DNA from: a virus
Lineage: Duplodnaviria > Caudoviricetes
Virus record (IMG/VR): IMGVR_UViG_3300032257_000084
Coordinates: 1-29,224 of that record
Length of the DNA: 29,224 nucleotides
Strand: one strand, 5' to 3'
The notes beneath the pieces are model-generated. The model had not been told where the DNA came from, ran no database searches, and saw nothing but the letters and a program-made list of their open reading frames with translations. Of this stretch, positions 1 through 8,900 are shown in pieces (positions within the stretch are counted from its first letter, which is position 1; each line of letters opens with the position of its first letter). The position numbers and the translations under genes were made by a program.

Positions 1-739
1 CAAGCTGTATAGCTGACGTATCATCTGTAACACCATCTCCCACAGCTCCAAAGTCTTTAACGGATACACTCTCTTGTAGTTTAGCCTCAACAGTTGAAGC
101 AGTTGCACCAGTACCTGATTGCGTAAAACTCACACTACCTGAGTCAGCTTCCAAAACAGCCTGAGCATAACCCCAGTTACGAATGACAATCTCTGAATTA
201 AGTGGAGGCGCTGCCGTAAAAGTAACGGTTGTGCCTGATGCTGTATAAGCATCTGTTGGCTCTTGTAGTAGGCCATCTACTGATACCACCAGGCTATTAG
301 CACCTTGAGTAGCAGCAGAGATAGTATAAGCAACCGTAGACCCATCACCTGTGTACGTTTGTGAAGTAACAGGAATACCACTGCCAATTGTAAGAGAGAA
401 AGAAACCGATGTAGTGCCAACAGTAATAGTATCGGCTGTAGTAACTGCCCACCATCCCTGCTGAGTTCCACCAATTACATTGACTGTCGTGCCTTGCTTA
501 ACATCATAAAATCCATCCCAGTCAGGCGCACGACTCCATGCAGATGAGCTACATTCGTAGATCCCATTCTCAGATCCATCGGTTTGATTCTTTACAAGGA
601 TTCGATCATCAGCAACACAAGCCACACCATCAATGGTTTGCTCGCCTGATAAGGTGATATTTGCAGTCGTGGCAGCACGACAAGGGACTTTAATCGCCGC
701 CGATGCTGATAACCCTTGTCTTCTGTCTGTACTTGGCAT
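1..739 (-). CDS. Tailspike / tail fibre with pectate-lyase-3-type beta-helix; partial, runs off the left edge and is absent from the ORF track
   Basis: Hand translation from ATG 739 is open to position 2: MPSTDRRQGLSASAAIKVPCRAATTANITLSGEQTIDGVACVADDRILVKNQTDGSENGIY...YTGDGSTVAYTI...VSVDGLLQEPTDAYTASGTTVTFTAAPPLNSEIVIR...FTQSGTGATASTVEAKLQESVSVKDFGAVGDGVTDDTSAIQL. SVKDFGAVGDGVTDDT is the classic beta-helix N-cap motif of tailspikes. Confidence 0.88.
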   Translation of the reverse strand, partial: MPSTDRRQGLSASAAIKVPCRAATTANITLSGEQTIDGVACVADDRILVKNQTDGSENGIYECSSSAWSRAPDWDGFYDVKQGTTVNVIGGTQQGWWAVTTADTITVGTTSVSFSLTIGSGIPVTSQTYTGDGSTVAYTISAATQGANSLVVSVDGLLQEPTDAYTASGTTVTFTAAPPLNSEIVIRNWGYAQAVLEADSGSVSFTQSGTGATASTVEAKLQESVSVKDFGAVGDGVTDDTSAIQL

Positions 740-773
740 TGTCTATTAATACCCCAAAAACCCTGTTGTTTGA

Positions 774-787
774 AACGCCTTGGCGTT
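774..787 (-). promoter_or_regulatory. Palindromic box AACGC-CTTG-GCGTT, candidate late-activator site upstream of the tailspike
   Basis: Perfect 5-bp arms; box ends 34 nt before ATG 739; TATTAAT in the -10 position; one of four intergenic copies. Confidence 0.65.
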
Positions 788-1067
788 ATAGGTACATCTT
801 GACCAGCTCAGGCAGAATCATGGCTACCATCTGCATTACTTCCTCTTCTTCTTCAGCATATCGCCTTTGCTGCTTGTCCTTTATCCGCTTGTGGGCATCC
901 CACGTACTGCCTCTGCCAGAAGCACCACCAAGACCTCTGCTTGGATCTTGATCAAATATCTCGCGCTCAGGCGATGCACCAGCTTCCTTTCCAGCATAAC
1001 TTCCTTGTGGTTGCCAGATGCCACCACCCATCCCCATACGGGTTACTCTTGATGCTGAAATGGCCAT
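786..1067 (-). CDS. Hypothetical 93-aa protein (GGG motif, EEEEE plus hydrophobic C-terminal helix), probably virion-associated
   Basis: TAATG overlap with the upstream gene; lies within the fibre block. Confidence 0.7.
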   Translation of the reverse strand: MAISASRVTRMGMGGGIWQPQGSYAGKEAGASPEREIFDQDPSRGLGGASGRGSTWDAHKRIKDKQQRRYAEEEEEVMQMVAMILPELVKMYL

Positions 1068-3100
1068 TAAGTAATCTTGAATGTATCGCCGTTACCCATG
1101 GCAAGCGTCATGGCAGTAAAGGTAATTAGTCCATTAGTTTCAACATAATCGGTTATATCAGAACTTTCTCCAGCAGCGACACCAGTAAGGACAGTGATAA
1201 TACGTCCAATCAATTGATCATCCGTATATCCAGTTAGGTTTGAAGTAGCCTGAGTCGTTGAAAGTGTGCCAGTAGCCGCAGCACCAAGAATAATACCATC
1301 TGAAATAGTATCAAGATCTGTTTGAGCCGTTGCTAAATTGGTAATGATTGTACCTATATTTGTACCAACAGCAGGACCATCAACAGAATAATCATTGATT
1401 GTTACCGACCCACCTGAGCTATCGGTAATGCCTGAGTGTTGCCCATAAACATTAACCGTTCCACCTGTTCCATTAACTGTAATATCGCCAGCAAAAACAA
1501 CCGCATTAACAGTAGATGCTGCCGCAACACCAGTGAAAGATACTGCTTTACAGAATCCTCTAAACTCAACATCTGCGCCACCTGCCGCTATAGTATGAGT
1601 TCCACCCTTAGTGACTTCAATTGATGCAGTACAGTCAGAATCAAAATTCCACGTTCCACCGCCACGCCAGCCCCTGACATTAATTGTTGATGATGCCCCA
1701 AGACCTGTAAATGTAAATGTAGGTGATCCAGATCCTGCAACCTGAGAATAACCATCAACAATAAAGTAATCAGTAGCCGCGACACCTGTTAAAGTTCCAT
1801 CAAATCCACACTTCTTCATGTGGCTATTTCCTATAGATGCTGTACCAAACTCACAATCATTGAAATGAACCTCACCCGTAGGCGATGTACTTGTCCCTGT
1901 AACACTGTTTGCCCCTTCAAAGTAAGCACCAGATATATCTTGACCACCAAGAGCTAGATTCCATGAAGCACCAATGAAGTTTTTATTTACTGCGGAAGCA
2001 GCTAATGTGACTGTTGAGCCATTAGAAATACCTCCAGTTCTTGCTGAATATTTAACCCTAACTGAGTCAAAGTCTATTCCTGTAGCCGTACTGGATGTAA
2101 ACCTTAATCTACCTAATCCAATATTTGCACCTACACCTGTACCGTTAATAGGTATTTCAAAAGTATCAGCCACTAATGCTGTACTATTAGAACCATTAAG
2201 TGTCTTAATAGTTTTATATGATGTTGACACATAATCATAATATTCTGCTGTTACTGTATCGCCATTTGAATTAACTCTAAATACACACTCTACTGCCGTG
2301 ATTGCACCTGATTCACCCACATCAAGCTCATAATAGAAATCAATATTTCCTACAGATGGAGCTATTTCATGTAAAACTCCATCTTCGCCCTCAGTAGCCG
2401 TATAAGTAAGTGTTTCTGAGCCAGTAGTAATTGTTGCACCAGTTACAGGCGTACTAAATCCACCAGCAATACTTCCAATAGAATTAATTTGTGCTTGTGT
2501 TGCAGGATATGTATCTCCTGTTAAACCTGTACCATCATATTGATCAGAGAAGTTATCCAATGCTGATGTGCTACCATTGATTGCTGTCAAATCTGAATTA
2601 ACCTCGCCATCCGTAGAAATAACAGTCAATGCCATGTTAGTAGGCAATAGAGCCTCAATGTCTGTACTGGTATGAGTCGAAGCGCCATAGGCAGCTATTG
2701 AATCATCAACCTCAGTAGAACCAAGAGTGCTAACACCGAAGTCAGTCAGGCTTGTCGAAGTAAAGTTACTCACATAACGATTATCAATACTGAATGAAGC
2801 GAGAACCTCACCAGATACATCAACACCGTTCACTTCACCCTGAGATAGCATCACTGAATATTCATCACTAACCGCATAAAATGAAGTCGATGAAAGATCA
2901 ATCCCTACATGATTAAACCCAACAACCGATGCAAAGGTAGATGTTAATGTAACCCCTGCTGTTGTAGGTGAAGTGGAACTGCCTTTGTAAACATCAACCA
3001 AACCAGATGATAAGGCAGATGCCTCGCCAGTCGTATTCCTTGATGTAAATTTAAAAGTCAGGCTTGTGCTGTCTTCTGCAAAATTCCCTAGATAGCTCAT
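1067..3100 (-). CDS. Ser/Thr/Gly-rich multi-domain virion fibre/appendage protein, with a probable beta-helix segment
   Basis: 677-aa ORF; ATGA overlap and GGAGG SD; beta-rich low-charge composition; repeated V-x-G/I-T-V-N-G patterns in the C-terminal half. Confidence 0.72.
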   Translation of the reverse strand: MSYLGNFAEDSTSLTFKFTSRNTTGEASALSSGLVDVYKGSSTSPTTAGVTLTSTFASVVGFNHVGIDLSSTSFYAVSDEYSVMLSQGEVNGVDVSGEVLASFSIDNRYVSNFTSTSLTDFGVSTLGSTEVDDSIAAYGASTHTSTDIEALLPTNMALTVISTDGEVNSDLTAINGSTSALDNFSDQYDGTGLTGDTYPATQAQINSIGSIAGGFSTPVTGATITTGSETLTYTATEGEDGVLHEIAPSVGNIDFYYELDVGESGAITAVECVFRVNSNGDTVTAEYYDYVSTSYKTIKTLNGSNSTALVADTFEIPINGTGVGANIGLGRLRFTSSTATGIDFDSVRVKYSARTGGISNGSTVTLAASAVNKNFIGASWNLALGGQDISGAYFEGANSVTGTSTSPTGEVHFNDCEFGTASIGNSHMKKCGFDGTLTGVAATDYFIVDGYSQVAGSGSPTFTFTGLGASSTINVRGWRGGGTWNFDSDCTASIEVTKGGTHTIAAGGADVEFRGFCKAVSFTGVAAASTVNAVVFAGDITVNGTGGTVNVYGQHSGITDSSGGSVTINDYSVDGPAVGTNIGTIITNLATAQTDLDTISDGIILGAAATGTLSTTQATSNLTGYTDDQLIGRIITVLTGVAAGESSDITDYVETNGLITFTAMTLAMGNGDTFKIT

Positions 3101-3891
3101 CCTATCGTTCCTCCTGGTCCAATTATGTTTGATCCGTAACCAACGACACCGCCGTTACCTACTATGTTATATGGGTTTATTACTTCTCCAGCAGCCGCCG
3201 CTACTGCTAAATACGATGGTGTGTCTCCTGCTGGCATATAAATAGGAGGATGATCTGAGGCCGATAATGTTCCGCTCTCAGTCCAGCCCGTAAATCCTTT
3301 AACGCCGTTTAAGTCGCCATTTATAAAAGGAAAGTAGTCTACAATGTCACTGAGCGGGAAAACTAATAATGGGCTTACCCCATCAAGCAATGCCGCTATC
3401 TGATCTGCTGTAACCGCCGCGCTTAGATTACAAACAACAGTGTCGGCCAGTTTCCCGTTTAACATATTACCCAGATAATTTTCAGCTCCTAGGCAAAAAG
3501 CATTGCTGGTAGAAGCTGAATTATCTGTATAACTGGCTGGGTCATAAACCGCCGTAGTGCTGTCTAAGTACAACTGTAATTTGTCGGCTACTTGGTCATA
3601 TACAACTATAACGTTAAGCCAGCTACCGGCAGAAAACCCTGCTGATATAGTCCCTGAGTTAGCACCCCATGTGTATATTATTGCATCACCACCGGGTTTA
3701 ACGCTTGCTTGTATGCCTTCTGATATCCCAGCATTGTTAAGCGCGAACAACGACATGTTCGCGCCGCCTGTCGGTAGCGCGTCAATATAGACTTTAGTGC
3801 TATATAGGAAACGAGTAGTATTCGATACTAAATCCCATTCAGACCCAAGCCCTGTCTTTCTTATATAAGCCGTTGCAAAATCAAGAGCCAT
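3097..3891 (-). CDS. Concanavalin A-like lectin/glucanase (LamG-type) virion protein
   Basis: WLNVIVVYD..KLQLYLD, FCLGA...LNGKLAD..V.N..VTADQIAAL and IVDYFPF match the LamG pattern. Confidence 0.75.
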   Translation of the reverse strand: MALDFATAYIRKTGLGSEWDLVSNTTRFLYSTKVYIDALPTGGANMSLFALNNAGISEGIQASVKPGGDAIIYTWGANSGTISAGFSAGSWLNVIVVYDQVADKLQLYLDSTTAVYDPASYTDNSASTSNAFCLGAENYLGNMLNGKLADTVVCNLSAAVTADQIAALLDGVSPLLVFPLSDIVDYFPFINGDLNGVKGFTGWTESGTLSASDHPPIYMPAGDTPSYLAVAAAAGEVINPYNIVGNGGVVGYGSNIIGPGGTIG

Positions 3892-4389
3892 TTAGGATAG
3901 CCTTATTTCAGCACCTAGCAACTCAGCATCACCTGGGCTTGCTGTACCACCTGTTGCGTCCCTTGCAATCTTTACAATACAACGCTCATTAGGCTGGATT
4001 CCATCGGCTTGTGCATTAGTAAATGCTATTGTTGCGTAGTCAACCTCACCTGCTGTACCTGCTTCTGTCGCTAATACTGCTTGAGCTGTCGCAAATGTTA
4101 AAGAGTCAATAGAGTTAGTGTCATCTGCCACTGCGTAAAAACTCACTTCCCAATCACAAGTTTGAGAGCCAACATAGGTGAGGAATTTCCATTCAAGCTC
4201 AACCGTTAACGCGCTTGTTCCATCATATTGACCTGGCATCTTAAAAGACCAATAACGTGATTCTGTTGTAGCATCATCATAGAGTAGGACTAATAAATCA
4301 GCGCCGGTTGTAGAAATGCTTGCTGGATTGCTTGCAGGAGGCATTGATGCGTTTGGATTTAATGTTGCTAATGTGTCACCGGATGCCAT
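3892..4389 (-). CDS. Beta-sandwich virion structural protein
   Basis: 165 aa with YDDATTE..YWSFKMP..YDG, IARDA and DAELLG motifs I recognise from phage fibre heads; abuts both neighbours. Confidence 0.6.
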   Translation of the reverse strand: MASGDTLATLNPNASMPPASNPASISTTGADLLVLLYDDATTESRYWSFKMPGQYDGTSALTVELEWKFLTYVGSQTCDWEVSFYAVADDTNSIDSLTFATAQAVLATEAGTAGEVDYATIAFTNAQADGIQPNERCIVKIARDATGGTASPGDAELLGAEIRLS

Positions 4390-4390
4390 G

Positions 4391-4741
4391 TTATAACCTC
4401 GCCTTAATTGCAGCTTTTACTTCTTGAAAAGTTATCTGCTTATTAGCTGCTAACTTAGTATTCATCACATCAACTAAGCCAGCTATAACAGCCTTTAATG
4501 CTCCAACCTGAGTCTCAGCTTCTAGAGCATCCTTTAGCGATTGTGCCTCGGCTGCATCAACAACTGCCATTGCAGCACTATCCATTAGCGTTACAACATC
4601 ACCCGTAATAATCCAATACTTTGAAGGCTGCCCCGCCACCGCAGATAGATCAGGGTTATGTATCCAATCAACAGTAGGATAATCAGGAGTATTAGCTGAC
4701 CTTAAAAATTGCTTGGTTGTGCGGTTAAGTACATTGCTCAT
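4391..4741 (-). CDS. Hypothetical protein, possibly fibre assembly chaperone-like
   Basis: 116 aa; KYWIITGDVVTLM..AAMAVVDAAE followed by a helical C-terminus resembles Tfa-like chaperones; ATGA overlap. Confidence 0.55.
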   Translation of the reverse strand: MSNVLNRTTKQFLRSANTPDYPTVDWIHNPDLSAVAGQPSKYWIITGDVVTLMDSAAMAVVDAAEAQSLKDALEAETQVGALKAVIAGLVDVMNTKLAANKQITFQEVKAAIKARL

Positions 4742-5160
4742 TGCAACTCAACCCATGGGCTAGTAGGCGCATCAAATATTAATTCTGGCAATGGTGTTGT
4801 CGTACCAGTTACCGCTCTTGTTAATTCTGTCGAGCATCCGCTATTGTTCACTGAAAATTTAAAATACCATGTGCCAGCATCAAGTTGAGATAAGTCTGCT
4901 GTAGAACTCAGGAAGGTATTAGGCGCTATGTATTGATTGGATAATACCGCTAGCTTTGTTTCCGTACCGTCACAGTTAAACCCTTGAGTCTGTGAATAAT
5001 GAAGCGAGTAAGCCATTGCCGTACCCACCGAAATAACCGAGCCGTCTGTATAACCTATCGGAGATCGAACCGACAAAGACGCAGCCGCATTATTTGGATT
5101 CGCTGCATTGGCTATTGAGCTTATTAACATCAACGCTAATAGTAATAATATTTGTCTCAT
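4738..5160 (-). CDS. Signal-peptide-containing fibronectin type III-like protein (start revised to ATG 5160)
   Basis: AGGAG at 5167-5171 is 6 nt from ATG 5160; MRQILLLLALMLISSIANA-A is a Sec-type signal peptide; P..YTDGS, YSLHY and LDAGTWYF are Fn3-like; two Cys. Confidence 0.65.
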   Translation of the reverse strand: MRQILLLLALMLISSIANAANPNNAAASLSVRSPIGYTDGSVISVGTAMAYSLHYSQTQGFNCDGTETKLAVLSNQYIAPNTFLSSTADLSQLDAGTWYFKFSVNNSGCSTELTRAVTGTTTPLPELIFDAPTSPWVELQ

Positions 5161-5257
5161 CATTCTCTCCTGTATAAAACCACTTTGGCTCCTTATCATA
5201 ACCGCCGCGATATTTACGTTGATATGTTTCAAGCCATGTAGTCAGCTTAAATTCCAC
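5090..5257 (-). CDS. Possible 55-aa small ORF (GTG start), not in the ORF track
   Basis: VEFKLTTWLETYQRKYRGGYDKEPKWFYTGENDETNIITISVDVNKLNSQCSESK fills the gap between two genes; SD is weak. Confidence 0.3.
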   Translation of the reverse strand: MEFKLTTWLETYQRKYRGGYDKEPKWFYTGENDETNIITISVDVNKLNSQCSESK

Positions 5258-5263
5258 TGCTTG

Positions 5264-5818
5264 TTAATTAGCACCTATTGGCTTTGCTGTAACAGACAAT
5301 AGTTTATTATTTGAATCTCGATTAGGCGTGAACTCAAATGAAGGAATGGTCTTATCATTACTGTTATTCTTCATGGTATTAATATGGGCTAATACTTTAT
5401 TCACATCTGTACCACGAAGTTCATTCTGCTCTGCAATGATCTTGGCCTCAGATAACTCTGCTTCCAGCTTCATACATTTCATGCACTCCGCGTCATAATT
5501 CTTCTTAAGCTCATCGCGCTCTGTTGTTCGGGACTCAGACTCTGACCGATATCGACCGATCTGACTTTGCAGTTCCTGTGTTTGTCTTTGCGCTGATGCC
5601 TTTTCATTGTTTGCGGCATCTCGTTCAACTTCTGCTGCTCGGCATCTTGTTTCTGCTGCTTGGATCTTAATCTGCGCCTGTTCATTCGCCTCCCGTTCAG
5701 CTTGACTTCTGATATCCGCAATCATGCGGTCATAGATACTGTTTCCAATATCAGGTGATCCACTGGCTTCTTGAGCCTTGGATTTAAGAACGTCAGTGAT
5801 TTTTGTATTCTTCGCCAT
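5264..5818 (-). CDS. Coiled-coil protein with C-terminal FEFTPNRDSNNKLLSV beta-hairpin motif
   Basis: 184 aa; heptad-rich E/Q/A/R/K region of about 100 aa; first gene after palindromic box 2. Confidence 0.7.
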   Translation of the reverse strand: MAKNTKITDVLKSKAQEASGSPDIGNSIYDRMIADIRSQAEREANEQAQIKIQAAETRCRAAEVERDAANNEKASAQRQTQELQSQIGRYRSESESRTTERDELKKNYDAECMKCMKLEAELSEAKIIAEQNELRGTDVNKVLAHINTMKNNSNDKTIPSFEFTPNRDSNNKLLSVTAKPIGAN

Positions 5819-5851
5819 GTTCCAACCTTACGAATTTACAAGGTTTTAGCA

Positions 5852-5865
5852 AACGCCCTTGCGTT
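5852..5865 (-). promoter_or_regulatory. Palindromic box AACGC-CCTT-GCGTT, candidate late-activator site upstream of the fibre block
   Basis: Perfect arms; ends 33 nt before ATG 5818; TAAGGT falls at -12..-7 relative to that ATG. Confidence 0.65.
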
Positions 5866-5931
5866 AAAAAGGATAACCACCAAACAAAGACCGAGAGGAG
5901 GCACAATCAAAGCTCAATGGCTATCCAAAAC

Positions 5932-8900
5932 CTATTTTTGTGGTCCAGTAAGCAATGCCTGTACTGCCTCACCACCTTTAACCCTACCATTTGCAATGTC
6001 AATCATGGCCTCAACTGTTTGATTAACTTGGCCAGTAGGAAGATGGAATATCTGACCTCCCACTATACTTGCTGATTTCCAAAATTTAGCGTCAAATTCC
6101 ATTTTAGATGTTTGCTGTGCTAAGTTAATAAAATCTTTAAACACCCTTATTCCTGGTGGGCCGGAATAGCGATAACTTTCACCAGTAACCATGTATTCTA
6201 TTGCATTACTCAGCTCTCTTACTCCAATCATTTGACCGGCAGCATAGGATATTCCTTCGCTAACTGCCTTTTTCTGCATACAGTCTATTTCCCAGTCACA
6301 ATCGCCTTTCAATGCCTCCCTGATCAATACAGATAGCACTATAGGTACGATGTTCAGGATAACAAAATCAGCCATAAACAACCCAATCTCACTAGGATGC
6401 TTTAAACTTAGATCTCTTTGTTTAAAGTTTTCTACGTTCATATTGTAAGTGGCACTGAAATAAGAATAGAAATTAGTCCATAATTTAAGAAACGGGCCGC
6501 CTCGCTGTATTCTCGCCAAGTCCTTAACTTCACCACCTGATTGAGAATCCAGCACTACTTGTTCAGCCATTGCAATCGCTTTATGCTCAATCTCATTACG
6601 ACCTTGCTCATCAACCGCGTTCTCATACTGTAACTGAGCAAGGAATTTTGCCTTAGCACCAAGATAAAGTGGCATATCTACAGTCATAATCTGCATTTTC
6701 GTGATCATCCAGAAGTAAGTAGCATCCAATTCTGTTGCTCGCTTACCCTTTCTCACCTTATTCATCTCTTCATTGATCTCACGCATCATTGTTCGGCCAC
6801 GCGATTTCATCATTTTCGACTCATTAACCACATCTTCATAGGCTTTTTTAGGGTTTTTCAGGTAATCTTTCATCCCTATTGCAACCCATTTACCACCATT
6901 TTTAGCGCCACCAAGTCGGAACCAGCCCTGAGCAATACCCGTAGGCTGAATGGCCGCAGTAGTGAATCTTAACCCCATCCCTACAATAGTCGTACCAACA
7001 CGAACATGATTGATCCCACGTTCCCATGCGTTAGTCGCAGGCGTATCACCTTCAGCAATAACCTTAATAGTTTCTTTCAGTTCATTAAGATGGTTGTACC
7101 CATAATGATCTCTTATAGGCTTATCAAGTGCTTTTAACATGCGGTTAGCATCAACAAGATAATCCTCCCATGAGAGCCGATGAATGACCTCGTTAATACG
7201 ACTAGATATCGTGTCGTATGTCAGCATTAATGGTCTATCTTTAACCTCAGCAGATCTTTTCTGAACATAATCATCTCTAGTAGTTGCTGAGTTAAATACG
7301 CCTTTAGTTTGCAACCTTAGATTAGCCTTAGCTTCTAATGACTCTGATCTGGTTGATAGCATCACATCGTATTTAGCAGGATGATACCCACCACGATATA
7401 CACCATGCTTGGTTTGAATTGGTGTTGGCTCTAACCATTCTGGCTTAATTCCTGTAAGCCTTAATTCTTGAGCTTCAATTTCAGGCTTAAATGTTTCATA
7501 ATAATCAAATACGCCTTGAACAAAATCCATCTCTTCTTTAGTTAAAGTATCAATGATTGCCTGCACTTCTTGCTCAGTAATGGATTCTTTGCTGATAGTG
7601 CCACCATCCATTAATCTCTGTCTGTTGCCAGCGTTACCCCAGTTCATTGCGGTCATTACCCGTTCTTCACGTGTCATTGATATATCGGTCCCAGGCACAA
7701 CCTTTCTAAACTGCTTGATATTTAAAGGTAATCCATCCTTTCCTAATTTTGGCTGTATTGGCTCAAATAAGTCAGCAAATATCTCACTGGCCTGCGCCTT
7801 TCTTTCGGTTTCATTGTTGGCAGATTCATTTGCAGGCAACAAAAATCTTTCCCACATAATGCCGCCGTCTTCAAAGCCATCCATTTCTCGAATAATGCTC
7901 GACATCTTTCTGTGCATAGCAACAAACTCACGCGCACCAGCCGCCGTTCTTCCTACAACATCAGTTTCCTTGCCTCTTCTAACAGCCCTTTTCTTAGAGT
8001 ATTTATCAATAGATGCCTTCATTTCGTCAACAACTTCTGCGAAATCTCGCTTATCCTTCGCAGTCAGCATCTTTTGTTTAAATCGCCCCATATGATCAAT
8101 AACCTTAACGGTATCAACCATTCCATTTAACTCTTCAAGCGTCATCTCCTTGTAATGTTTGTTACCAATTGACGCTATTAGCTCCTCGTCTATAACAGGA
8201 TCTAAATAATCTTCTTTTTGTTTAGCTATCCATTCTGATAATGAGTTTTTACGATCAATCGCTTTTAAACTTTGACCTTTTCTAAGATCAACATTCGCGG
8301 TAATTGCATCTATCTGCTCAAGGTATTCAGGATCAATATTCTTGCGAGTACCTTTGCTCTGGAACTTCTTGAGATACCGGATCATCTTATCAACACTATT
8401 CAAGCCATTATTAGCAGCCTTGAACATATGACCATTAAGCAACTGAGAGCGTTTGTGAGTAGCCGCTTCATCTGTGTTGCCCTGTCGCATAGCTTTATCT
8501 GATTCGCGTCCAGCACGTGCTTCTGCTGCATTGTACTGAGCAGGTTTGATGTCACGGATACGCTTGGCATTGATCGCGTTAGTAGCAAATTCCTTAGCCG
8601 CTTTATTCAATACCTGCTTCTGGCCGGTAGCTTTAGCGAGTGCATTGTACTCATTAGCGACAAACTTTTGACGAACCTTGTTATGTATTGCCTCTTCAGC
8701 CGCCGCTTGCATAGCACCAGGGGAATTAACATCACCATACAACTCAAGCATACGCTGATCAGTCATCTCCTCGACAATTGCGCTTTTCTTCTGTGCATTA
8801 GCCAGATCACGTACCATGGCATCACCCGATGAATAGGCAAATAACTGTGCAGCCTCATCAACGTCCATTCCTTTTGGTGATAGCAATCCACGTAACTTGC

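Noticed and set aside
1-5818. BPP-1-type diversity-generating retroelement
   Set aside because: No reverse transcriptase, Avd or TR/VR repeat pair is visible; it cannot be excluded beyond the window edge.
5894-6075. Plus-strand GAGGAGG followed by a Cys-rich antisense ORF (MAIQNLFLW...)
   Set aside because: The SD is about 17 nt from the ATG, and the ORF is antisense to the C-terminus of the giant ejection gene.
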